A stretch of 64,000 nt of DNA from Candidatus Poribacteria bacterium (GTDB lineage: Bacteria > Poribacteria > WGA-4E > JAJDTR01). Positions 51,907 to 61,535 of the stretch are shown piece after piece. The notes beneath the pieces are model-generated. The model was given only the letters and a program-made list of their open reading frames with translations, had not been told where the DNA came from and searched no databases. The position numbers and the translations under genes were made by a program. The stretch covers positions 4,416,001-4,480,000 of the forward strand of contig CBDCTK010000002.1 in the NCBI GenBank assembly GCA_965222225.1, read 5' to 3'. Positions within the stretch are counted from its first letter, which is position 1. Each line of letters opens with the position of its first letter.

Positions 51907-53542
51907 CAAAATCGCGCAAATTTACGGTGTAGACCCAGCGCACTTCCGGCAACTCCTCAAATTGGATAAGACTGTGACCAAGCGCGCCAAAGGCGATAAA
52001 CAAGGGTTTGCCAATCTCTCGTATGGTTTGGCGTGCTGCTTCCATGTCCTTATGGGAACTCCGGTTGCTTTCATACTGCTTTCTCGATTGTTGGATGCAC
52101 CCGTGGAGGCGTTCGACTACGCGCTTATTGCCCTGTCGTACACAATGGTGATGATAGCATTTTTGAGCTATTCGCGCCTTGAGTTTATCTTCAACCCGAC
52201 TGACTATCTCGTCTTGGCGCACACGCCGGTTTCATCGCGCACTTTTTTCCTTGCGAAGTTGACGCGGCTGCTATCGTCTACTGTAGTCATGTTGGGCTGC
52301 TTGAATCTGCTACCGGCTATCGCCGGATGCTGGACGGGGGAACGAAATCCGTTATTTCCAATTGTATACCTGCCCATCTCCCTCATCGCCGGGTTTTTCA
52401 GCGTTGGTGTATTAACGGTGATTACAGGCTGTGTGGCAAAACTACACACGTATGAGAAGCTGCGAAATATTTCCAGGTATGCGGAATTGGCTTTTCCCAT
52501 TCTTTTTCCGTTTGTCTATCTGATTGGTCCGCGTTTGTTACCGGAACTAAAGTTAGTGTCGGATAAGTTGCTTCCTTTCCTTACCGCTTTCTATCTACTT
52601 CCCAATAGTTGGTTTGCGGGGATGGTGGCTCTTGGGCTAGGACAGGTGAGCCGCCACATTCTGATATTAACTGCGCTTGCAATTACGGTGACGGTGCTGT
52701 TAGCGGCGGGACCGCTTCGCAGCGTGGCAAAGGGCTACACGAAATACTTGACTTCCCTGTTGGAATCAAGGAGAGCGCAGAAGCCCCAACTCAAACTGAG
52801 AGCGTCGCTCGTTTCACGCTTGTTTAAAAGACGGGAAACCCGCGCTGGGGCTGACTTTGTTTTCGCATACCTGCGGCGAGATAGGCGAACGCAACTCCGG
52901 GTCTTCTCCGCACTTGGCACTCCCGTTGTTTTTCTCGTCATTTTGCTTCAAGACAACCCTGTTTGGGACTGGATTGGGAAACCTTTTACCATCTGGCTTG
53001 CACTCGGCATCTCCGCTTTTTTCTTCTTTGGCTGTTCAACTATGGTCAGTTCTTTTCTGGGACAGATTCAGTATTCGGATCATTGGAAAGCCAAGTGGAT
53101 GTTTCGTTGCGCCCCATTAGCAGTTCCACACGCTTTATGGCGAGGCACGCTGGCGACAACCCTCATTTATATAGTTATCCCGTATACGCTGCTGTTGTTG
53201 ACATTGGCGACAATTTTTTGGCGAGAGCTTTGGGGAATTTTTTATCTATTACCGGGTTTAAGTGCCTTGCTCGTTTACGTTGGTTGCTACCCAAAACCGA
53301 GTTCCGGGCTACCGCTTTCCGAGAAATATATCCAAAGTGGATGGAATATGGAGCAAATTTGGATCTTGATTCGATTCATATGCACTCAACTCCTTTTCGG
53401 CGCCGTCCTGGCGATCCAATTTGTGATGTATAAGCTTCATTTAGGGTTTTATATCGGGAGTTACATCGTCATAGTCACCGCTGGATTTCTAATCTTCATC
53501 CACGCTTTTAACAAGAAACAGGAGAGGGAGGCTCATGCTTGA
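51899..53542 (+). CDS. ABC-2-type multi-pass permease
   Basis: About 12 hydrophobic segments, L..TPVSSRTFFLAK motif, overlaps the ATPase gene. Confidence 0.75.
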   Translation: MLDKIAQIYGVDPAHFRQLLKLDKTVTKRAKGDKQGFANLSYGLACCFHVLMGTPVAFILLSRLLDAPVEAFDYALIALSYTMVMIAFLSYSRLEFIFNPTDYLVLAHTPVSSRTFFLAKLTRLLSSTVVMLGCLNLLPAIAGCWTGERNPLFPIVYLPISLIAGFFSVGVLTVITGCVAKLHTYEKLRNISRYAELAFPILFPFVYLIGPRLLPELKLVSDKLLPFLTAFYLLPNSWFAGMVALGLGQVSRHILILTALAITVTVLLAAGPLRSVAKGYTKYLTSLLESRRAQKPQLKLRASLVSRLFKRRETRAGADFVFAYLRRDRRTQLRVFSALGTPVVFLVILLQDNPVWDWIGKPFTIWLALGISAFFFFGCSTMVSSFLGQIQYSDHWKAKWMFRCAPLAVPHALWRGTLATTLIYIVIPYTLLLLTLATIFWRELWGIFYLLPGLSALLVYVGCYPKPSSGLPLSEKYIQSGWNMEQIWILIRFICTQLLFGAVLAIQFVMYKLHLGFYIGSYIVIVTAGFLIFIHAFNKKQEREAHA

Positions 53543-53620
53543 GCTACTTTCTTTCAGTTTTCGGTTTCGTCTTAGCACGCACCACGTATCATTCTCTTCG
53601 TCCCAGATTTTGAGGAAATC

Positions 53621-55291
53621 ATGGCACTTATCAAATTGAATGACCTTGAAGTTGAAGTTCCTGATGGAATCAATGTTGTCGAGGCAGCACGGCTGCACGG
53701 CATTGAGGTGCCGCACTACTGCTATCATCAGGGATTGAGCCGTCCGGCGAACTGCCGCATGTGCCTTGTAGAGCCTCACGTGTTTTTCCCGCCCGCCGGC
53801 AAGGTTGTTCCGGACCGTCAGTTGGCGACGGGATGCACCGCCGTAATTAGATCCGCGCCACCCGATCGGAAGCTTGATGGCAAGTTTGACTACATCGTGC
53901 AGACAGATTCTCCGCGCGTAAAGAAGGCGCGCGAGGATATCCTTGAATTCTTGCTCGTTCATCATCCATTGGATTGCTCGGTATGCGATCAGGCTGGCGA
54001 GTGCGACCTCCAGGATTTCAGCTACCGGCACGGGCATGACAAGAGCAGGTACGTTGAGGTTAAGAATGTTCCGCCCAAGAAAGATTTAGGGCCTGATGTT
54101 CTTCTTTATTCCACCCGATGTATTGTCTGCACCCGTTGCATCCGGTTTTGCGACGAAGTAGCGGGTAGCGGAGAGCTTGGTCTAATTCAACGCGGTTCGC
54201 ACGATGAGATCGATATTCCACGCGCGCATGATGGAACGCCTCTGCAACGGTTGGACAATAAACTGGCTGGAAACGTCGTGGATATCTGCCCAGTGGGGGC
54301 ACTGATTAGTAAAGATTTCCTGTTCAAGTCCCGTCCATGGTTCATGAAGAAGGTGAACAGCGTATGTCCCGGTTGCAGCGTGGGATGTAACATTACGGTT
54401 GAATTCAAGGAGGATGGCGTTTACCGCTTGAAACCGCGTTTTCACGCGGATATCAACGAGCACTGGATGTGCGACGACGGTCGGCTCGGATACGAATACG
54501 TCAATAGCGAAGACCGGCTCCAGATTCCGATGAAACGAGAGAACGACGGGCTTAGTCCAACGTCTTGGGAAGATGTACTGCAACTGATTGCGGAAAAGCT
54601 GACAGCTGCGGAAGCGGAGTCTATCGTCGTTATAGGGTCGGCGCAGGGCACGAATGAGGAAAACTATCTGTTGAAGAAGCTGGCGCATGACGTGCTCAAG
54701 ACAGATCGGATTGGCTTATTTGGGCGTATAGCGGGCGAGGAACATAAGTTCCCGCAATTCACGATTGAGGCAGACAAAAATCCTAATACACGCGGCGCAC
54801 GAGATATGCTAGGCGCATCCGCAAATGGGAACGGGACGGCCGGAAGCGTTATAGAGGGAGATAAGCTCTGGGAGAGTTTGTCCGATGCAAAAGTGGTGTA
54901 CCTCGTTAACGGCGCCCCGGAACGTCCTCTGACCGAGACGGAAAAAGCCGCTTTAGACCACGCGGATTTCCTCATTGTGCAAGATATTTTCCTTTCCGAT
55001 GTTGCACAACTCGCGGATGTCGTTCTCCCGAGCACAACTTTCACGGAGAAGGATGGCAGCTTCACCAATTCAGCGGGCTGGGTGCAGCGCATTCACAAAG
55101 CCACGGATCCCCCCGGTGAAGCGCGCATTGACTGGGAAATTATCCAGCAGGTGGCAAAACGGTTAGCTGGCGAATTTGAGTATCATTTCGCAGGAGAGAT
55201 CGCGGTGGAGATTGCATCCACCGTACCCGGTTACTCTGAAACAACGCATCAACAGATTGGGGATGGCGGGATAAAACTTCAAGAGGTATGA
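53621..55291 (+). CDS. nuoG: NADH-quinone oxidoreductase subunit G (short form, 556 aa)
   Basis: HYCYH...CRMC, HPLDCSVCDQAGEC, CIVCTRC...CPVGAL, CPGCSVGC...WMCDDGR. Confidence 0.93.
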   Translation: MALIKLNDLEVEVPDGINVVEAARLHGIEVPHYCYHQGLSRPANCRMCLVEPHVFFPPAGKVVPDRQLATGCTAVIRSAPPDRKLDGKFDYIVQTDSPRVKKAREDILEFLLVHHPLDCSVCDQAGECDLQDFSYRHGHDKSRYVEVKNVPPKKDLGPDVLLYSTRCIVCTRCIRFCDEVAGSGELGLIQRGSHDEIDIPRAHDGTPLQRLDNKLAGNVVDICPVGALISKDFLFKSRPWFMKKVNSVCPGCSVGCNITVEFKEDGVYRLKPRFHADINEHWMCDDGRLGYEYVNSEDRLQIPMKRENDGLSPTSWEDVLQLIAEKLTAAEAESIVVIGSAQGTNEENYLLKKLAHDVLKTDRIGLFGRIAGEEHKFPQFTIEADKNPNTRGARDMLGASANGNGTAGSVIEGDKLWESLSDAKVVYLVNGAPERPLTETEKAALDHADFLIVQDIFLSDVAQLADVVLPSTTFTEKDGSFTNSAGWVQRIHKATDPPGEARIDWEIIQQVAKRLAGEFEYHFAGEIAVEIASTVPGYSETTHQQIGDGGIKLQEV

Positions 55292-55325
55292 GCTGGAGAT
55301 AGAAGACCATAGGGGAAATCTCTTA

Positions 55326-55454
55326 GAGCCTGTTTGAAAAGTAGGTAGCAAAGTCATTGTTTGGTCTTTTGAGGCTCAAAATCGTTGGATTTTCAAGGCA
55401 TTTACCCCAAAATAGCCTTCCTCTAAGACGGATTCGGACTTTTCAAACAGGTTC
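55326..55454. mobile_element. 129-bp MITE with IS5-like TIRs
   Basis: 17-bp TIRs GAGCCTGTTTGAAAAGT / ACTTTTCAAACAGGTTC (1 mismatch); TTA duplicated on both sides. Confidence 0.85.
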
Positions 55455-55501
55455 TTAGTCGTGGGACTTATGTACTTCTGTTTGGCGCGAAGGATATTAC
55501 G

Positions 55502-55705
55502 ATGCAACTGGATATTGGGGAACAGAAGCTTTATGAAATTGTGAAGCAGGTTGTTTCCGAGGTTATTGATGATAGGCTGGATAAGCTGAGGAATGAAATA
55601 CGTCTAGCTGCGCTTTACGATGAATTTGCTAAAGAGGACCAACAACTCGCCGAGGAAGGGTTGTCGGATTACAGGGAAGGATTGAAGAAAGAAGACGGTT
55701 TTTGA
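55502..55705 (+). CDS. Small acidic protein, possible orphan antitoxin
   Basis: 67 aa; AAGGA RBS; acidic tail EDQQLAEEGLSDYREGL reminiscent of PemK-associated antitoxins. Confidence 0.45.
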   Translation: MQLDIGEQKLYEIVKQVVSEVIDDRLDKLRNEIRLAALYDEFAKEDQQLAEEGLSDYREGLKKEDGF

Positions 55706-55787
55706 TGGCAATCCAAGCCGAGCGGGAAACAGTTGTGAGTGTCTCGCAGCTGCCTGAGCACTACACAAAACCTGAAAAGGGCGAAAT

Positions 55788-56972
55788 ATGGATTTACCAC
55801 TACATGTCCTGATCATTAGTTCGCTAATCAAGATTGTCGTCGTCGTTCATGTATTGCTAATTGGCGTCATGGCGATGATTCTGGCGGAGCGAAAGGTCAG
55901 TGGTTGGATGCAAGATCGGCATGGGCCGAACCGAGTGGGACCTTGGGGGATTTTGCAGCCTATTGCCGATGGCATAAAATTCTTGATGAAAGAGGATTTG
56001 ATTCCCGACCATGTGGACAAAGCAATATACGTGCTTGCACCAGCGATGCTCCTCGTTCCTGCACTCATAATTTGTGCTGTCGTTCCGTTCGGAAGTTCGA
56101 TGACAATCGCTGGCTATCAGATTCCACTCCAGATTGCCGACATAAACATCGGTATTCTCTATATTTTGGCGATTACTTCGCTAGGCGTATACGGCGTCGT
56201 GCTGGGTGCATGGGCATCGAATAATAAATATGCTCTACTGGGTGGTTTGCGGTCTTCGGCACAGATGATTAGCTATGAGCTAACATTGGGACTCGCTATC
56301 ATCGGAATCCTTATGTTATCAGGTTCACTTAGCCTCCGAGACATCGCTATAGCTCAAGGGGCTAATCTCTGGAATTGGAACTTCCTGATCCATTTCCCCG
56401 CATTCCTCGTCTTCACGACTGCTGCATTTGCGGAAACCAATCGCTTGCCCTTTGACCTTGCCGAAGCCGAGCAGGAGCTTGTTGCTGGCTACCACACCGA
56501 ATATAGTAGTATGAAGTTTGCCATGTACTTCATGGCGGAATACATGAACATGATTGTCGGTTCGGGCGTCGCCGTGACGTTATTTCTCGGCGGTTGGCAC
56601 TTCTTCGGGTTAGAGAATCTCGGCGGCCCCATCTGGAGCGGTGTGATTTCAGTCGGAATCTTCTCTGTCAAGACCGCGCTCTTCCTCTTTGTATTCATCT
56701 GGGTTCGCTGGACGTTGCCCCGATTCCGATATGACCAGTTGATGAATTTGGGGTGGAAATTCCTGATGCCCGTTGCCCTGACTTCAATCGTTGTTACGGC
56801 GATAGTATGGATTGGGACGCAGTCGAAAGTGTTGGTGGGGGTGTCCAACGTCGTAGCTGCCTTTATTGTTGTCGCCATCGTGGCAAGTGCGTTGGCGATG
56901 CGCCGCGAACCGGAGCAGGTTGAACGTCAGGCACCTAGTTTCATGGAAGGTTCCTCATCTAAAAGGACATAG
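55788..56972 (+). CDS. nuoH: NADH-quinone oxidoreductase subunit H
   Basis: ERKV..WMQDR.GPNRVG, QPIADGIK, RSSAQMISYE, AETNRLPFDL.EAEQEL, PRFRYDQLM. Confidence 0.98.
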   Translation: MDLPLHVLIISSLIKIVVVVHVLLIGVMAMILAERKVSGWMQDRHGPNRVGPWGILQPIADGIKFLMKEDLIPDHVDKAIYVLAPAMLLVPALIICAVVPFGSSMTIAGYQIPLQIADINIGILYILAITSLGVYGVVLGAWASNNKYALLGGLRSSAQMISYELTLGLAIIGILMLSGSLSLRDIAIAQGANLWNWNFLIHFPAFLVFTTAAFAETNRLPFDLAEAEQELVAGYHTEYSSMKFAMYFMAEYMNMIVGSGVAVTLFLGGWHFFGLENLGGPIWSGVISVGIFSVKTALFLFVFIWVRWTLPRFRYDQLMNLGWKFLMPVALTSIVVTAIVWIGTQSKVLVGVSNVVAAFIVVAIVASALAMRREPEQVERQAPSFMEGSSSKRT

Positions 56973-57008
56973 CGAAGGGTTGCGGCATTCTGCACAGGTA
57001 GGAGAGAG

Positions 57009-57716
57009 ATGAACGCTGAACCGATTCTATTCATCGCTTTCGGAGCACTCACCCTCATTGGCGCGGTTGCGGTCATTGGGTTCAAGAATCCAGTCTATAG
57101 CGCTATTGCCTTAATCGTCACATTTTTCGCCCAAGCAGGGCTTTTTATTCTGCTCGGTGCACACTTTGTCGCCGCCGTACAAGTCATCGTCTATGCGGGC
57201 GCGATTATGGTGTTGTTTCTGTTCGTAATCATGCTGCTGAACCTTGGCAGCGTGCGCGCGGATCGCCCTAAAGCAGGAATAGCGAAAGGTGCGGCGATTG
57301 TCTTGGGAATTATTTTTGCGCTTGAAGGCGTGTATATCGCCGTAAATGCGTACAAAGGCACGGCTGTCGCGCGAGTAAAACAGGAAAGCGATGTTGGCGA
57401 AGGGGCAATCACCACGGCACAGCTTGAAGAGATAAGCAAGATACAGACAACCTATCAGCTCACGCGTGATGAGATTAACACCGAATACGTTCCTAAGGTT
57501 GCCACGGCAGACAAAGCCCTAGAAAGTCTAACCGCGGTTGAGGCGCAGAAACTGATTCAAACACTTCGGGGGGAGATGGGCAAAACCGAACGAATCGGTT
57601 CTGTGTTGTTTAGCAAGTTCCTTCTGCCTTTTGAGGTGACTTCCCTAATCTTGCTTGCTGCTCTAATTGGGGTTATTGCACTGGTGAAACGGGAGCAACC
57701 GAAAGGGGCCTCCTAA
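57009..57716 (+). CDS. nuoJ: NADH-quinone oxidoreductase subunit J (with a long loop insertion)
   Basis: NPVYSA, QVIVYAGAIMVLFLFVIMLL, LPFEVTSLILLAA. Confidence 0.96.
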   Translation: MNAEPILFIAFGALTLIGAVAVIGFKNPVYSAIALIVTFFAQAGLFILLGAHFVAAVQVIVYAGAIMVLFLFVIMLLNLGSVRADRPKAGIAKGAAIVLGIIFALEGVYIAVNAYKGTAVARVKQESDVGEGAITTAQLEEISKIQTTYQLTRDEINTEYVPKVATADKALESLTAVEAQKLIQTLRGEMGKTERIGSVLFSKFLLPFEVTSLILLAALIGVIALVKREQPKGAS

Positions 57717-57746
57717 CCCTGGTTTGGGATTGCTGAGGATTGAGAT

Positions 57747-58046
57747 ATGAGTTTGGAATGGTATCTAGGTTTAAGCGCGTTACTCTTCACCGTTGGGGTG
57801 GTCGGTGTGCTGATTAGACGGAACGCCATCATTATCTTCATGTGCATTGAGTTGATGCTCAACGCTGCAAACCTTGCCTTTGTTGCCATATCACGTGAAT
57901 TGGGGGATCCATCCGGACAGGTTTTCGTCTTCTTCGTGATGGCCGTTGCGGCTGCCGAGGTCGCCATTGGACTGGCAATCATCGTAAGTGTATTCAAGCA
58001 CAGTGCAACGGTGAATGTTGATGAGGTTGATTCGCTCAAGGGATGA
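57747..58046 (+). CDS. nuoK: NADH-quinone oxidoreductase subunit K
   Basis: [25 protein letters not shown]. Confidence 0.98.
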   Translation: MSLEWYLGLSALLFTVGVVGVLIRRNAIIIFMCIELMLNAANLAFVAISRELGDPSGQVFVFFVMAVAAAEVAIGLAIIVSVFKHSATVNVDEVDSLKG

Positions 58047-58070
58047 GCAGTCTCGACATTAGGGTTTGAT

Positions 58071-59966
58071 ATGTCCGTAAACCTCATAATTCTACTTCTA
58101 ATTTCTCCGCTAATCGGATTTCTCATCAACGGTCTGTTTGGTAAATGGTTGAGGAATGCCGAGAAGTTGAGCGGTTGGATTGCGTGCCTTGCCGTCCTAG
58201 TCTCACTTATCTGTTCGGCGATCGTATTTACCCACGTCAAAGGCGGTGCGGAGCTAAACCAAACGCTCTACGAATGGATTGCCGGGGAATCTTTCGCATT
58301 CACAATCGGATTTCATGTGGATTCGCTTACGGTCGTCATGCTGCTGATTATTACGGGTATCGGCTTTCTCATCCACGTCTACTCGATTGGTTACATGCAT
58401 GGGGATACCGGGTACACGCGATATTTTGCCTATCTCAACCTTTTTGTGTTTGCGATGTTGATTCTCGTCTTGGCGGACAACTACCTGATGATGTTCGTCG
58501 GTTGGGAGGGCGTTGGACTGTGTTCCTATCTGCTGATCGGCTTTTGGTATGAGAAAAAGTCCGCAACAGACGCCGGCAAGAAAGCCTTCATTGTCAACCG
58601 GATTGGTGATTTCGGCTTCCTACTTGGAATGTTTACTTTATTCGCCGCCTTTGGTAGCTTGGATTTCGTTCCCATCTTTGAACATGCCGAATCGGGCGGT
58701 TTCAACCAAGTGTTCGGGGCAAGTACGCTCGCCGTTGCAACTTTGCTGCTCTTTGTCGGCGCCGTGGGGAAATCGGCGCAAATCCCTCTGTATGTCTGGC
58801 TTCCTGATGCGATGGAGGGGCCAACACCCGTGAGTGCACTCATTCACGCCGCGACGATGGTCACAGCGGGCGTCTATATGGTGGCGCGCTCCTCGGTGCT
58901 GTTTGAGCTTGCCGGTACAGGTGATGTGGTTGCATGGGTTGGCGTCCTCACGGCTATCTTTGCCGCCATCATGGCGTTAGCTGCGAACGACATCAAACGG
59001 GTGCTGGCGTATTCCACTGTGAGCCAACTCGGTTATATGTTCGTGGGTGTGGGCATTGGCGCCTATGCATCCGGTATTTTTCATCTCATGACACATGCTT
59101 TTTTCAAGGGCTTGATGTTCCTAACGGCTGGCAGCGTCATGCACGCCATGTCAAACGAACTTGACATGCGAAAAATGGGAGGCCTGAGATCGAAACTTCC
59201 CATCACGCACGTGACATTTCTTGTCGGGGCACTCGCCATTTCAGGATTCCCACTTCTGAGTGGTTTCTGGAGCAAAGATGAAATCCTACACAGCGCTTGG
59301 GAGAAGGGGCATCCTATCATTTATGTGATAGGATTGGTGACGGTTTTCCTCACGGCGTTCTATATGTTTCGCCTAATCTTTGGGACGTTTTACGGCAAAT
59401 CGCGTGTCGATTCACAAGTTCATCCGCACGAGTCGCCGCCCGTCATGTGGGTACCTCTGGCAATCCTTGCCATTCCGTCGGCGTTCATCGGTCTTGCCAT
59501 ATTGAGTTGGAAGGGACATGGCAGTGCGTTCCATCATTTCATCGGCGGCGTCTTTTCTCACCACGGTGAAAAAGCAGCCCGTCACGCCGACAATGTGCCG
59601 CTCTTCATGGTAATTTCATCAATTGTGGGTATTGCCGGAATTGCTTTGGCATGGGTGAAGTATCGGGATTGGACGCCACTGACGCAACCACGATCAGCAA
59701 TTCACAAGCTGGCTGCGGACAAGTTCTACGTTGATGAAATCTACAACGCCGTCTTCGTTCAAACCATCAAGAACATCTCTCAATTCGTCCTGTGGCGAGG
59801 TATGGATGTCTCAATTATTGACGGATTTGTGAACGGCGCCGCTTTTGTCGTGCGTACAGTTGGAGGATCGCTGCGACGGTTTCAGACAGGGGTTGTTCAA
59901 TCGTACATTTTGTCAATGGTTATCGGAATCATCATTTTTTTGGCGTACTACCTTTTTATTCAATAG
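58071..59966 (+). CDS. nuoL: NADH-quinone oxidoreductase subunit L
   Basis: GWEGVGLCSY, NRIGD, KSAQIPLYVWLPDAMEGPTPVSA, HAFFK. Confidence 0.98.
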   Translation: MSVNLIILLLISPLIGFLINGLFGKWLRNAEKLSGWIACLAVLVSLICSAIVFTHVKGGAELNQTLYEWIAGESFAFTIGFHVDSLTVVMLLIITGIGFLIHVYSIGYMHGDTGYTRYFAYLNLFVFAMLILVLADNYLMMFVGWEGVGLCSYLLIGFWYEKKSATDAGKKAFIVNRIGDFGFLLGMFTLFAAFGSLDFVPIFEHAESGGFNQVFGASTLAVATLLLFVGAVGKSAQIPLYVWLPDAMEGPTPVSALIHAATMVTAGVYMVARSSVLFELAGTGDVVAWVGVLTAIFAAIMALAANDIKRVLAYSTVSQLGYMFVGVGIGAYASGIFHLMTHAFFKGLMFLTAGSVMHAMSNELDMRKMGGLRSKLPITHVTFLVGALAISGFPLLSGFWSKDEILHSAWEKGHPIIYVIGLVTVFLTAFYMFRLIFGTFYGKSRVDSQVHPHESPPVMWVPLAILAIPSAFIGLAILSWKGHGSAFHHFIGGVFSHHGEKAARHADNVPLFMVISSIVGIAGIALAWVKYRDWTPLTQPRSAIHKLAADKFYVDEIYNAVFVQTIKNISQFVLWRGMDVSIIDGFVNGAAFVVRTVGGSLRRFQTGVVQSYILSMVIGIIIFLAYYLFIQ

Positions 59967-59996
59967 GTTAAATAGGTAGCTAATCGGGGGTTAACT

Positions 59997-61535
59997 TTGC
60001 TACTTTCCGCAGTTATTTTTCTACCACTCATCGGAGCGATAGTCATCGCGCTAGCGAGGACGGTTGTGAGCGCGTCGACGATTAAAGGCATCGCGCTCGT
60101 AATTGCATTGCTGACTTTTGTCTTCTCCCTATCGCTTTACACCGGATTCGACGAGACGACGCATGCCATGCAGTTCATGGCACAGAAGTCGTGGATTCCG
60201 GAGCTGGGCATTAGCTACCAATTGGGTATTGACGGCATCTCGTTATGGTTGGTGCTGTTGACAACTTTCTTGACCCCGATCTGCGTCCTGGCAGCTTGGG
60301 GATCGATTGAAAAAGGCACCAGCGGGTTTATGATTTCACTGTTGATGCTGGAAACAGGGATGCTCGGCGTCTTTTGTGCGCTGGATCTCTTCCTGTTCTT
60401 CGTATTCTGGGAGTCTATGCTCATTCCGATGTACCTGCTGATTGGAGTTTGGGGCGGCAAGCGTCGGATATACGCGACGGTCAAGTTTGTTCTGTACACG
60501 ATGGCGGGCAGCGCGTTGATGCTTGTTGGAATTTTGTATCTGTATTTTCAGAATGATAACAGTTTCGATCTCATGACGTTGTACGACAAAGCCGGTACTT
60601 TGGCACATCAACGGCTGCTGTTCTTAGCATTCTTCATCGCATTCGCTATCAAGGTGCCGCTATTTCCGTTCCACACTTGGCTCCCAGACGCACACGTTGA
60701 AGCGCCGACGGTTGGCAGCGTGATTCTTGCGGGCGTGTTGCTCAAAATGGGAACCTACGGCATACTGCGGTTCTGCATTCCTCTTTTTCCTGAAGGGACA
60801 GTAGCGTTTACCCCGCTCATCTCCAAGCTTGCGGTTATCAGCATCATCTACGGCGCGCTGGTTGCCATGGTGCAACCCGACCTCAAAAAGTTGGTGGCGT
60901 ATTCGAGTGTCAGTCATCTTGGATTTGTCGTACTCGGACTGTTTGCGCTTAACAGTCAGGGGGTGCAGGGCGGAATCATTCAGATGGTCAACCACGGGTT
61001 GAGCACGGGGGCGCTATTCCTTCTTGTCGGCATGATTTATGAGCGTCGGCATACGCGAATGATTGCGGATTTCGGCGGATTGGCGAAGTGCATGCCCATC
61101 TTTGCGACGATATTCCTGATTGTTACATTGTCATCAATAGGCTTACCCGGATTGAACGGGTTCGTTGGCGAGTTCATGATCTTGCTCGGTAGCTTTATTT
61201 CAGGGGCTTTTTCAAAAGTGCACGCTGTACTTGCCGCAACCGGTGTCATTTTAGCCGCTGTCTATATGCTCTGGATGTTTCAACGAGTGATGTTTGGGAA
61301 GCTGGATAAACCGGAAAATCAAGCGTTGAAAGACTTGAACTTGCGGGAAGTTATTGTGCTACTTCCCATTCTCCTGTTTATTGTCTGGATTGGTGTATAT
61401 CCCAAGCCGTTCCTGAGTCGAATAGAAAAATCCGTCAATCACGTCTTGAAACAGCACACCAAGGCAATGGCAGCGATTGGCGATTCGAAAAACGCTGTAG
61501 TGGTAGATGCAGGGCTCAAAGGGGAGCGTGAGTAG
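59997..61535 (+). CDS. nuoM: NADH-quinone oxidoreductase subunit M
   Basis: FWE, KVPLFPFHTWLPDAHVEAPT, LLKMGTYG, AYSSVSH. Confidence 0.98.
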   Translation: MLLSAVIFLPLIGAIVIALARTVVSASTIKGIALVIALLTFVFSLSLYTGFDETTHAMQFMAQKSWIPELGISYQLGIDGISLWLVLLTTFLTPICVLAAWGSIEKGTSGFMISLLMLETGMLGVFCALDLFLFFVFWESMLIPMYLLIGVWGGKRRIYATVKFVLYTMAGSALMLVGILYLYFQNDNSFDLMTLYDKAGTLAHQRLLFLAFFIAFAIKVPLFPFHTWLPDAHVEAPTVGSVILAGVLLKMGTYGILRFCIPLFPEGTVAFTPLISKLAVISIIYGALVAMVQPDLKKLVAYSSVSHLGFVVLGLFALNSQGVQGGIIQMVNHGLSTGALFLLVGMIYERRHTRMIADFGGLAKCMPIFATIFLIVTLSSIGLPGLNGFVGEFMILLGSFISGAFSKVHAVLAATGVILAAVYMLWMFQRVMFGKLDKPENQALKDLNLREVIVLLPILLFIVWIGVYPKPFLSRIEKSVNHVLKQHTKAMAAIGDSKNAVVVDAGLKGERE

